Shown here: positions 12,801-20,049 of the stretch, piece by piece | Layout: the number at the start of each line of letters is the position of its first letter | Position numbering within the stretch: position 1 is the stretch's first letter | IMG/VR virus record: IMGVR_UViG_3300032288_001804 | Span: 32,428-96,427 of that record | Length of the DNA stretch: 64,000 nucleotides | DNA from: a virus | Direction: 5' to 3' (one strand) | Translations under genes and position numbers: made by a program | Notes under the pieces: model-generated | Databases searched by the model: none | Told to the model about the DNA's origin: nothing | Seen by the model: the letters and a program-made list of their open reading frames with translations, nothing else

Positions 12801-13856
12801 TTGATTAATAAAGTTAACTTTACTAATTGGAGTAAGCAAGTTATAGTCTACATACATAGCACCTAAAGAAGTTCCAGAAATAGGAACTGTAACCCAGTTC
12901 TCTGGTTTGTTAAAATTCTCTTTAGTGTATGCAAATAAGTTTGTCATAAACTTAATCTCGGCGTCAAGAATTTCTTGAGCCTTTTCTACAGATATACCTT
13001 TACGTTTAGCAATATCTTCTGGAGCAAGTACACGTTTTCCTATATTCTCTGCAGCAGCTCTACCAGATCTAGCTTCAAAGTAAATAGGTTTACCATTGTT
13101 TTTATTTGTAACGTTATAATCTTTGTCAAAGAATAATAGATTACCACTTGCATCAGTAACAGCTAATAAAAGATTGTCAGCTCTTGAGTAAGCTGTAGTA
13201 TCATATATATCATCCTTCTTTACTTGAGTCTGTAATGCACCTCTTGGTATTGCAGTTAAGTGATAACCAAAATTATTACCCTTAGCATTGTTAGTTATAT
13301 GTAGGATAAAATCGTAGTAAAATGCTTTTGCTGGGTCTGGTACCCGGTCTTCAAGTTTAGTACCTGCGTTAACTAAGTTTTGCAAACCTGTTGTAGAAAA
13401 AAGGCTATCAACAATATAGTTAAATGATGTAGCAAGTTCTAGTTTATTACCTGCTGGTAATTCGCCACTTGTAGATTGCTCAATTGAAGATTTAACTTCA
13501 GCTTCAGCAATATCTTCAGCGGCTTGTCCGGTTCCTAAATACTGTTGAACTTTAGCATAGTCTTCAAACTCTATCATTTTCTCAGTAACAAAGTTTACGT
13601 TAAACCCTGTTTTAAGTAAATGCATAGTCACGTTGTTGTTAATGAAAGCAGCCTGGCTAACAATACTTGGTATTATTTGAGTATACGCTTCAGTAACTAA
13701 TTGGTCTTCTGTATTTTTAGAAATAAGATCTACAAGATCTCTCATGTAGGTCTCTGGGTTTATCGGAGTATTATTTGAAAATGCTTCATAAAAATCACGA
13801 TATACCATTTGGTAAAGCGAGTCTCTTTCCTTTTGACTTATACTACAGATTGCCAT
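3876..13856 (-). CDS. Virion-packaged single-chain crAss-type DNA-dependent RNA polymerase, with an upstream zincin domain and a C-terminal macro-like domain
   Basis: Catalytic-loop motif RIPVQGLNSM…KSGGDFDIDKL (DFDID ~6927-6941), typical of crAss-like vRNAP such as phi14:2 gp66. Also KRNAG and DAQGW motifs and LYHEAWH…EEFLAEEF (11523-11537). Located in the cargo cluster. Confidence 0.93.
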   Translation of the reverse strand: MAICSISQKERDSLYQMVYRDFYEAFSNNTPINPETYMRDLVDLISKNTEDQLVTEAYTQIIPSIVSQAAFINNNVTMHLLKTGFNVNFVTEKMIEFEDYAKVQQYLGTGQAAEDIAEAEVKSSIEQSTSGELPAGNKLELATSFNYIVDSLFSTTGLQNLVNAGTKLEDRVPDPAKAFYYDFILHITNNAKGNNFGYHLTAIPRGALQTQVKKDDIYDTTAYSRADNLLLAVTDASGNLLFFDKDYNVTNKNNGKPIYFEARSGRAAAENIGKRVLAPEDIAKRKGISVEKAQEILDAEIKFMTNLFAYTKENFNKPENWVTVPISGTSLGAMYVDYNLLTPISKVNFINQVFKPVIVPEKNYQASGQTKTNQVFYINGVNGAIPIISRGMSSDIARKLARLIARPVVEVNELGDKRELSVDEKNKYLSEFIYLPESGIEYNYIKGLGPTLKLSGKSIDLENEAAVEDAIYKHLFEKFYVSGTEVTEKEIKAGFLNGKTVINNQKDKAYVDKLDENTIIEDPIARKRTKGTGYYKVYKRRLHIKSNVLGNISGLFDNFTINDKDGEWLKTKNEVNYVDYIKDNFYINIPLNKDNQIVGLNGHIKFDPSSETFEKILNYEKKKAAAPTKTNKGKKSATTKPTTKKKAAKTTEETPVEKVEEAPKKSAWEVINEIVKNDSLEDDEFQGLSRNKKQARDFVRQYGLRFDIAQLSPDELKAKLEEAKKWFDNSIFKNYFPLENLMNEVNTYDPTSVAKWYQNAIILFEGANYSDLYHEAWHGFTRMFMTDAQRQELYEKTRKRSGNFRTYKGVYRDFAKASDLELEEFLAEEFRAYMLSGGKMQIKDVTQRSIFRKILDFFLELFGAQSYNDMVLNQEALTYANDIYNKLQFGRLTEYSYSEQNLPAEIRQQVMNKGAESIDENYSTPLLTMRNSMELVDTLDSLVSDFVNLRIGVTEDGSGDKAYYTTALLSIPKGRDAALTYAKTKIEEAIEALDVQIANATTDSEKQRLLNQQDALVWATDNWDTESDKGIIAYYNKKSRFSDFVTAAEKAVLLFEDTGEFKSRDGHDRRGNEASLLDLANESVIYLIKSLHALESNGDKALNNLGFNTLMDFGIAWNRITRILQGANSPQEMYTRLQDSKEDYPFIQELLIKLGNPDTQMTANAQNLWTQFNDAFNKTRVPLVALVVDRTTNVLERDEEGNIIRTEYEYSAKVGGASTADAKIGRDWNDRFKTVTTKYIKPDINGNNFLDIDAIYNDYVSQYSNLNRIKFLQDVGIYFDNKSKIVAALNKMIPNPAKVIFDRIEAIKLHNDKAIAENKPKNIVIVRKIDDLINPTKKIRDNGEVLKGLRGFYNSLQKIQATYTDDYSDFMVLNAAGDAQYEFMENNTITQMIRELQEAPDFNTLTAKPEMNHLSGLRNPFVSNNPDPKRKRLITIHELFDMSKPNGPKRSIKEEVGSNEKITIDINNLAGVSFTVNGEANNGIAASDSDEFTKRLTDFHVSVIHGLPMGTTPADKSTILVYHLSNRKYYVNPREFALGTNGEAAAFNILLGYLEAELDRINRVKALPANAVERMIPVGKSTYGVEGQKFVIFSDMIRPELQEELMNIPAEYGGRLRDYLDLPESSDLKKRIADDVIKVYFANKINEFTEKLVEAEYIDNTMHDKIQEIYAGDDAKAKRLSRNETRNIAIKTHVYNSFIHNVETVLLYHGDPALYNMAKEEFQKRNAGINSGGIIPRTDPAMLRYLNNVVFAPDKASYRSSSWYTGQSVDKSYGEQFRSAVLEDVETKSLYYAAIEDDIRTSIKNSPGYKSGKLTDEEVNKIVSERAKPYREMKEGDAQGWITFDGYKALSIMMGAWSDTQELLYRDVLAKKNIDQTRIKEFFPVLKMQYWGPLATNGLPLTAFHKFSLVPLIPSTIEGSDLEKLHNKMVEQKVDYALFGSGSKIATITPNGKPDKFYKNSEDATNRELAFTEDGYMFTPNDIFLKYFKKQLEIAPKYKNKTTFPTQLRKLIESGLMENGVPTDFQPDMPKEVRIANWNKIGDDRTKRRESKNYSLIKRFQGNLENLMAQKKQELLDEIGWTYENGKPTGPLDKLFAYIESQLTKRELAEHHLDFVKLNKEGKLKSSLDVSLAAAEIEKVLVSIINKKLIKQKVTGEALVQVSGAGYTNRDFFNANKDSKERLEVLGTNDLPFYRKKDGKTMAMKIKIGIQGEYKKLLDLPKVTEMIEDAARKGQSLTRLQALNQLLKDESWLNEDDNRKLVSLAGVRIPVQGLNSMEFMEVYEFLPEGSNQIVLPAEIVAKSGGDFDIDKLTTLMYKLTKNEDGSVSIAEDFQNDVITDIMDILSLESNYVDLITPNATDIVLPIAQELASKVRPYDSLQNVFTERGDKIKGTRIFEIEYNIYKHGSNSIGKRTLGQGAVDNTYSVIFNTVGAYLQPSYKIDEDSKGNKVMKEQTIYLPHNTLLTPDGPAISLSNLYDADGINKVSDVISQLINGWVDIAKDPWIFDIQGNNFVAPALLLMVQAGVPIRQAAYFVSQPIIRQYITEVKKARSAYAGPLGIELSNPNFFRSEARRKVLMNFPEMLAYTDTNDDGDVVLYSKGIKNAATAIAGSLKDQIFNQQYFEDHLQDELDFESTDQLALLLHFLDIEDMSKVITAVKRTTNLDTQVAASLFETNLRQYQADQLREDERLGDDVINKILDDSSISSFGISEFMADIYKNLFTIRDSKLVNDYLLKKLGSKGFKDTVSDTFGDQESFISNFRNDLVMFMFQNYMRNLDLDSIKYYKSLQVASKAVKLKPTTKSPVSVFVKNVKLKDKTTIPMMYFDKQKLVEEFENLQSNSGKENINITNPELPFAFGAIRSTMFQNIREYGRYVMEREYLRNAIPVSEIIKRDDYIQYKKDFTAAKYEDFTEAELEKEATTFAYEHTLRDMALDNTFNQYYILKSPTKSYAKRLLDIKEKYPDLVQKYKVLDFLTADEAKTKERVIKFKSSKLDADRINRFHEDLVELMDPYNLIETANMTSSEAQEISKFFSNLPIYTMFTTGFNSKGEYGIGQIMPDTRLTPILESMLNYMEANKLMTWNLVNSYFNKFSTVNSYKNTASRYKVRNYTLDQPLWKASKNPAADLTGSFGTVQTFRDNYQSPSFIVEKAPEGVDIKLAINQLLKDRKNYLFVYNGAANPTAKALETNDSVFALSQEHTNSFGLTSKLGYQDVVSQQMNDDNYDLNVKAIENSIQALKTAAKDYDNKIFWNAAGYGQYMIGADVNGENVNQKRAKAPKTFVYLSKRLYEEFGYKNKNYEVVAPKKFIRVTREDILNKIQELNKC

Positions 13857-16800
13857 TATTCACAACGATTTTTAAGATTTTTTAAAAAGTTATTTTGCGC
13901 TTGAGCTGTACTCATCTTCTCAGCCTCGCTAGCAAGTTTTGCCTGAGCATCCTTATCATTAGCTAAAGTTTCCGCATTAGACTTTGATTCATTCATAACT
14001 TCTTCAGTTTCAGGTTTTGGTGCAGGAGCTTTCTTCTTTTTACCAGGTGAGACAACCATCTTATCTATATCATCCACAAGCGACTCATCTAGAACTTCAC
14101 CTATAGCATCCTCGTCATTCAAAGGTACAACAGTAACTTGTTTTTTACTAACTTTTTTAACCTTAACTATACGACCATCATTAAGTTTAATGATCATACC
14201 TACTTCAGGTTTTGCTTTAGTTACTTCTTCCGTTTCAACAACTTCAGGCTCTCTAATAACATCTTCAACAGTAATACCATATAACTTAAGCTCGTCAACT
14301 ATTTTCTTAATTCTTTGGTTTAAATCATTGATTTTAACTAAGTTACCTGAAGCTATAGCCGCAACTTGTTCACCTCTTAGCTTAGATAATTTATCAGTAA
14401 GGGCATCAATTCTTTTTTGCTGCTTAGCTTTTTCTGCTTCAACCAATGCATCCTCTTCTTCTTGAGTTCTAGTAACTTCTGAACCTGCGGGTCTTCCATA
14501 ACCAGTTACTTCAAAGATGTCACGAGATGTATTTAGCTTTAATAGTATGCTAGGCTTTTCTTCAGTACCTGTATTTAAACTATTAAGTGATCTAACTACA
14601 CCATTAGAATTAGTAGAAAGCTGTATAGGTAGGATGTAAATGTCTGTAATATCTTCCCCGGTAGCTTGGCGAATTAATTCACGGTATGCTAACTGCTGGA
14701 TAGTGTGCCCACGCTCATATTGGAATTCATCTGCAGGGTCATTATAACTATCAACAAGATTTCTTGTAGAAGTCTTTAAGTCAATAATACCTAAGTTACC
14801 TTCTTTATCATATACAAGAAAGTCAATTTCCCCAGCACGTGGTCCTGCAATATCACCAAATAAAGTTGGAATACTACCTATTATCTTAAGACCCTTACCG
14901 TTTAGATATTGTTTAACTTCAACCATTGTGTTGTACAATGCACTTGGAAAAGTCGCACTATACTGCATCATTTTCTCACCACTCTCGGAGTCAACCTTAC
15001 CAGATAACTCTTCTAGTTTTTGTTTTACTTGCTCTGGTGTAGTTAATTTACCGTCAAAGAAATCACGGAAAATGGGGTCAAGTACATTACCACGGTTAGC
15101 TGCAGTTGTATTAGTAAACTTCTTGGCTAAGATATCCCTAACGATATCACTAACACGAGCTACTTTATTACCATCCTTTTCATATCCACCTTCTACTTTA
15201 GTAACTCCACTTGCTTTAAAGCTATCGCTAAGTTTCTTAATTAAAGCTTGTACTTTTTTATCAGCCTCAGCAAATTCAGCATCTGCTTGGAACTGAGCTA
15301 GTGCTTGCTCTTTTGTTGTACCTGTAGAGTGTAAAGCAGTAACTTGATCTTCAGTTAATCCATTTATATCTTCTGGCAACCAACCCCTTGCAAATAAATC
15401 ATCTCTAATCTGCTGAAAATCAAGTGGTTTAGGTTCTTCTGGTTTTTCTTCAACAGGAGCTTCAGTTTTACTTTTTTTCCAATTTTCAATAATTGTAACT
15501 GCCTTTGGGTTAGTTTGAACAAAGTTTCTAAAGCCCATGTTGCTTTCTTTTATCTTGGCAACGGCTGATACTTTTTTATAAGCATCATAAAGTAAATCGG
15601 AAAGATCCTTAGGTAGATTATCAACAGGAGTGTTAATGTCTATCTTATCTATATCCTCTTCTGTAACTATTTCATCACTAGGTATAACCTCAGGAATTTC
15701 TTCAGTAACTTTTTCACGTTCGCTGCGAGGCTCAATACCAAGTAAAGGACTAATGAGTTTATCATATCTATCATAGATCTCATTGTACATCTGTAACTCT
15801 AATGGAGACAACTTACTTTCATCTACATTACCTTCCGTATCTCTATAATTATCTATATTAGGTATTGCTTTACGTAAGTCTTCTCGCTCTTGAGCTCTTA
15901 GCTTAGCTACTTTTTCTTCATTAGTTTCTTCAGGTATAACCGCTTCTTCTTCTTCAATAGCAACTTCCTCTAACACCTCATCCTTTGGTTCTTCAACAGA
16001 TTCCATAGCAGGAGACTTTCTACGCTCACCCGGCTTTTGTAAGTAGTCCGTTTGATCAATAGTTAATCCTACTAATGCTACAGCTTGCTTTAATACATTG
16101 TCATCAGAACTTTTTATCTTAAACGCGTTCTTAATAAACTTTTTAATAGAGTTTATTACTTGAGTAAATGTACTTTCTTTTGGAGTTCTGGTAGATTTAA
16201 CTTGAATAAGTAACGCTTGAAACTGTGGGTTAGTCATTACTTCATTAATAAAACTAACAGGTGATGACATACCTAATGGTATTTTACCACCAAAATCATC
16301 AAGTAAAGATGGATCAGTTTGAGCTGCTGCTTTTATAGCATCCATCATTTCTTCTACCTCAGCTGCAAATTCTTCATCTTGTAAAAAATCTGTAGTCAAA
16401 GACATCATCATACCTTTTAATACAAGGTACTCTGCTCTATAGTCATTGTCTTTATAATTAGAAGACGCATATCTAAAATCAATAATGAGCCCGTTTTTAG
16501 GATCATGTGAAATAGGTACGCTATGCTTAGGTCTAATGGTAACTTTCATGTCACCTTTGTTTAGACTTAAAATCTTTTGAGCTAATTTCTTTTCTGCTGA
16601 AGTTGCAAACTTACTATTAATAATAAAATTGCAAAGGTCATCCATAGATACTACGGCTTCTCCATAAGCATCAATACCTAACTCATTAGCATAATCTTGT
16701 ACGGTGCGATTGTCTTGACCATTCTTTTTCTTATGTGCAAAACTAAAATACTCTTCTAGTAAACCAAGTTCTGCAGCAGCTTGGCGGATAGGTCTTTCTT

Positions 16801-19800
16801 TAACAACTTTATCATATACCTTTTCATAGTTATCAAACATTTCTTCAATAGCCGGTATACGAAGATCATTTCCTTTTATAGGTTGTAATGTCTTGGCATC
16901 AATTAATGTTGGATATCTATCATTTTTTTCAAATGCCTCAATATCATCTACACTTACAAATACACCTTGTTGCTCAAATAAAGCTTTTAAGAATGCATTT
17001 TGAATCATACCCTTCATGAACTTCTTTTTCTGTTCCCTAAGGATATCATTACGCTTTTCATATACACGTTTTAAAGAATAACCAATGTTATTTTTAAATT
17101 CATTAAAGCCGTTAGGATCGGTTAACATATTAACCCATCTAGCCATATTTCTATTATCAGTACCTAATGAATGCCAATCATTATACATGGTAAACATATC
17201 GTTAAGCTCTTCTGCTAAGAATGGTCTAACGTTGTTAGTAGTGGTCATATCATTAAAGTACTTATCAAAAGCACTCTTTAAAACAGTTCTATACTCGTCT
17301 AATGCATCTTGAGATGTTAAATCATCTAATGTAAACTCTGTTTCATCTTCTGCATTTTTCTTTTCAAGATTCTCAACAAAAGATTTTCTAGCAGCTTCTA
17401 ATTCTTTTTTCTCTTCTACAGTAAGTGTGCTTTTTCCAGCAAGACTTAAAAGAGTAGAATAAATAGAAGATGCATTAGCAAGGTTTTCAAGATTATCTGC
17501 TTCACGTGTTAAACGTTTTGCAGTTTTAAGATCTCCGTTTTCTTCGTTTATCTTAGCCTGAGTTCTTAGCGATTTAACATCATCTTGCATTTGAGATACA
17601 GAGAATATTTTAGATGCACGCATTCCAGGCATTCTAGAGAAACTAGGAATTGCGTTAAACTTCTCTTGTATACCTTGTAATCTATCTAGTGTTTCTTCAA
17701 AAGTCTTACTTGAATATACCGCAAAGAAAGTAGCTTCCTCATGAGCATTATAATTGTTTACTTCTGCAGCATAAGCCTCAGGATTAGTAAACTTATTAAT
17801 GCTGTTTGGATTGTACTTATTAGGCATTACCTCACGGAATTTTTCAAAGCGCTCTCCCAAGTCTTCTACATTTCTAATAGATTTTTCTAATCTAGAAAAG
17901 TATTTTGCTTGATCCGCTTCTACATAATCTTCACCTAAAGCATTAGCCAACTCTTCAGCATTAAGATTTCTCATGTCTTTTAGGTTATCTATAAGAACAT
18001 CTAATCTTCCGGCCTGAGAAAGTGTATGCACATAACTTATCGTTGCATCATTTCTAATATCACGTTGATCTTTTTCATCACTTAAAGCTTCAGCTACATG
18101 CCCAACTCTTGCATAGTTAATTTGTTCTCCACCAGCTTTATCAAATAGTTTGTAAAACTCTGCGGGATCATCAGCAGCTTTTTGTGCGGCAGTTAAAACT
18201 CTATTAGCTTGATCATTTAATTCTTGCGCATACTGCTCATAGTTTTCTTTACCATGCCAAGTCTTTTTACCAAGCTCAATTACTGGATTTGCAACTGATT
18301 TTACTAATGAAGTACCAGTGTATATTGCACCACCGCTTAATAAACCTTGTGCAAAAACTTCTAAACCTTCTTTACTATATTGACTATTAGCTCCTACAAG
18401 TATAGACTCACCCATTATTCCCTTATGGAACTTAATAGGATCTTGAAACTTAGTAGTATAGTAGTGGTCAACACCTTTAATTGCACCTTCTTGGAATAAT
18501 TCCTGAACACCTTCTGGTACGTTTTTACCTAAGTAGTCAAGTAATCTTCCAGGAGTCTGCATCATAGCATGTTTTAAATATGCTTTCTTACCCCACTTTT
18601 TAATATTGTTTTCAATAAGCTCATAACTAGCTTTACCAGCTGCACCAGCTATAGTAGACTTTACTAAATGCTTATTATAGTTTTTTACAAATTGATCTGC
18701 TAAACTTCTTTTTACTGTACCATGTCCAATGATTTTTTCAAAACCAAAGGCGTTGGTCATATATATAATAGGGAGATTTATAAGTGTAACAGCTTTACCA
18801 TTTTGCTCAGCAATAGTTAAAATCTTTGACGCATCTTCACCAGTTGGTCCAGTAGAAAGCTTTTGCTTAGCATCAGTTAACTCATTATATAATTGCTCAT
18901 AGCGATTTTTATCAGTTACCTCGTTATTTTGATTAACAAGAGATTGCATTTCTTTAGTAATGCTAGCAATTTTCTTTTGTTGAACTGCACCATATTCTTG
19001 TCTACCAGATTCTATTTTTTCTAGTATAGCACCACCACCTTCAGTTTGAGCCTCATTAATACCAAATCTTATACGTTGCAAATCTGCATAGCCACCACCA
19101 ATAGATGCACTTAGTGCTAATATTCCATTTAAATCATTTGCTTCATCAAGACCTTTTAACGTATTCTTAAAAGGATTAACTTCTTTTGCAAAACCAATAC
19201 CGGCACCTTTTATACCACCTAAGCCTTGTCTACCCTCCCAAAGCATTCTAACTTTGTTTATATTATCAGCTTTAGCAAATGCACTTAATGCGGTTTTTAC
19301 ATTTTTTCCTTTTTGAAGAAGAGATGGGATACGAAGTAAATTTCTAGCAGCTGCTGCGTCTAATGGTTTAGTAGCTGCACTAAGGCCCAATCTTGAACCA
19401 ACAGTTTTAGCACCAAATAAAGCAAGCTCTTCAGTTAAAACACCTGCAGCTATACCTAACGTAGGAGCTAAGTTTGCAAAAAAGTTTACAGAGCTACCAG
19501 CAAATCCTGGCTTACTTGACATCATAATAGACATACCATCTTGGTATGCTTTAGCACCTTCTATATCAGGAGTAGCATCAAATAAATCACTAGGCTTTGT
19601 ATATGGTTTTAAGTAATCTTTAGTAAAACCCCACATAGTACTAGGAAGGTATTTAGCCATCCTAATGAAATCACTACCTACTGTACCATTCTCATTATAG
19701 TATTGCTCACTATCAAAGTTTGCAGGATTAAGACCAAGTATATCTACATCTGGATGTGCGTAATATCTTTTTAAATTAAATCCTTCACTACCCGCACCAA

Positions 19801-20047
19801 ATTGACTTGGCTGTGAAAAACGCAAAGGATCAACCTTAGTATTAGCAATTTCAGAAATCTTACTATTCCAATCTTTAATTGAAGGGATTCCCGTATTTGT
19901 AACTTTTATAGGTGTTGTAGTTTTTGACTTATAATCTGGAGCAGGATTAGCAGAAGCTGCCGCAGGAGCTGCTAGCGGCTTTGTTTTCATGTTATCCCAA
20001 AATTCAAAAACAGAAGGTGTGCCTTGCGGAGTTTGTTCGTTTGCCAT
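13856..20047 (-). CDS. Giant cargo/ejection protein with a Gly/Ala-rich hydrophobic N-terminal region, coiled coils and a C-terminal PD-(D/E)xK nuclease domain
   Basis: 2063 aa. Motifs AANRGNVLD…GEIDFLVYDKEGNLGIIDLKTS…HTIQQLAY (~14680-15105). TAATG stop/start overlap with the RNAP gene. Confidence 0.8.
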   Translation of the reverse strand: MANEQTPQGTPSVFEFWDNMKTKPLAAPAAASANPAPDYKSKTTTPIKVTNTGIPSIKDWNSKISEIANTKVDPLRFSQPSQFGAGSEGFNLKRYYAHPDVDILGLNPANFDSEQYYNENGTVGSDFIRMAKYLPSTMWGFTKDYLKPYTKPSDLFDATPDIEGAKAYQDGMSIMMSSKPGFAGSSVNFFANLAPTLGIAAGVLTEELALFGAKTVGSRLGLSAATKPLDAAAARNLLRIPSLLQKGKNVKTALSAFAKADNINKVRMLWEGRQGLGGIKGAGIGFAKEVNPFKNTLKGLDEANDLNGILALSASIGGGYADLQRIRFGINEAQTEGGGAILEKIESGRQEYGAVQQKKIASITKEMQSLVNQNNEVTDKNRYEQLYNELTDAKQKLSTGPTGEDASKILTIAEQNGKAVTLINLPIIYMTNAFGFEKIIGHGTVKRSLADQFVKNYNKHLVKSTIAGAAGKASYELIENNIKKWGKKAYLKHAMMQTPGRLLDYLGKNVPEGVQELFQEGAIKGVDHYYTTKFQDPIKFHKGIMGESILVGANSQYSKEGLEVFAQGLLSGGAIYTGTSLVKSVANPVIELGKKTWHGKENYEQYAQELNDQANRVLTAAQKAADDPAEFYKLFDKAGGEQINYARVGHVAEALSDEKDQRDIRNDATISYVHTLSQAGRLDVLIDNLKDMRNLNAEELANALGEDYVEADQAKYFSRLEKSIRNVEDLGERFEKFREVMPNKYNPNSINKFTNPEAYAAEVNNYNAHEEATFFAVYSSKTFEETLDRLQGIQEKFNAIPSFSRMPGMRASKIFSVSQMQDDVKSLRTQAKINEENGDLKTAKRLTREADNLENLANASSIYSTLLSLAGKSTLTVEEKKELEAARKSFVENLEKKNAEDETEFTLDDLTSQDALDEYRTVLKSAFDKYFNDMTTTNNVRPFLAEELNDMFTMYNDWHSLGTDNRNMARWVNMLTDPNGFNEFKNNIGYSLKRVYEKRNDILREQKKKFMKGMIQNAFLKALFEQQGVFVSVDDIEAFEKNDRYPTLIDAKTLQPIKGNDLRIPAIEEMFDNYEKVYDKVVKERPIRQAAAELGLLEEYFSFAHKKKNGQDNRTVQDYANELGIDAYGEAVVSMDDLCNFIINSKFATSAEKKLAQKILSLNKGDMKVTIRPKHSVPISHDPKNGLIIDFRYASSNYKDNDYRAEYLVLKGMMMSLTTDFLQDEEFAAEVEEMMDAIKAAAQTDPSLLDDFGGKIPLGMSSPVSFINEVMTNPQFQALLIQVKSTRTPKESTFTQVINSIKKFIKNAFKIKSSDDNVLKQAVALVGLTIDQTDYLQKPGERRKSPAMESVEEPKDEVLEEVAIEEEEAVIPEETNEEKVAKLRAQEREDLRKAIPNIDNYRDTEGNVDESKLSPLELQMYNEIYDRYDKLISPLLGIEPRSEREKVTEEIPEVIPSDEIVTEEDIDKIDINTPVDNLPKDLSDLLYDAYKKVSAVAKIKESNMGFRNFVQTNPKAVTIIENWKKSKTEAPVEEKPEEPKPLDFQQIRDDLFARGWLPEDINGLTEDQVTALHSTGTTKEQALAQFQADAEFAEADKKVQALIKKLSDSFKASGVTKVEGGYEKDGNKVARVSDIVRDILAKKFTNTTAANRGNVLDPIFRDFFDGKLTTPEQVKQKLEELSGKVDSESGEKMMQYSATFPSALYNTMVEVKQYLNGKGLKIIGSIPTLFGDIAGPRAGEIDFLVYDKEGNLGIIDLKTSTRNLVDSYNDPADEFQYERGHTIQQLAYRELIRQATGEDITDIYILPIQLSTNSNGVVRSLNSLNTGTEEKPSILLKLNTSRDIFEVTGYGRPAGSEVTRTQEEEDALVEAEKAKQQKRIDALTDKLSKLRGEQVAAIASGNLVKINDLNQRIKKIVDELKLYGITVEDVIREPEVVETEEVTKAKPEVGMIIKLNDGRIVKVKKVSKKQVTVVPLNDEDAIGEVLDESLVDDIDKMVVSPGKKKKAPAPKPETEEVMNESKSNAETLANDKDAQAKLASEAEKMSTAQAQNNFLKNLKNRCE

Positions 20048-20049
20048 AA

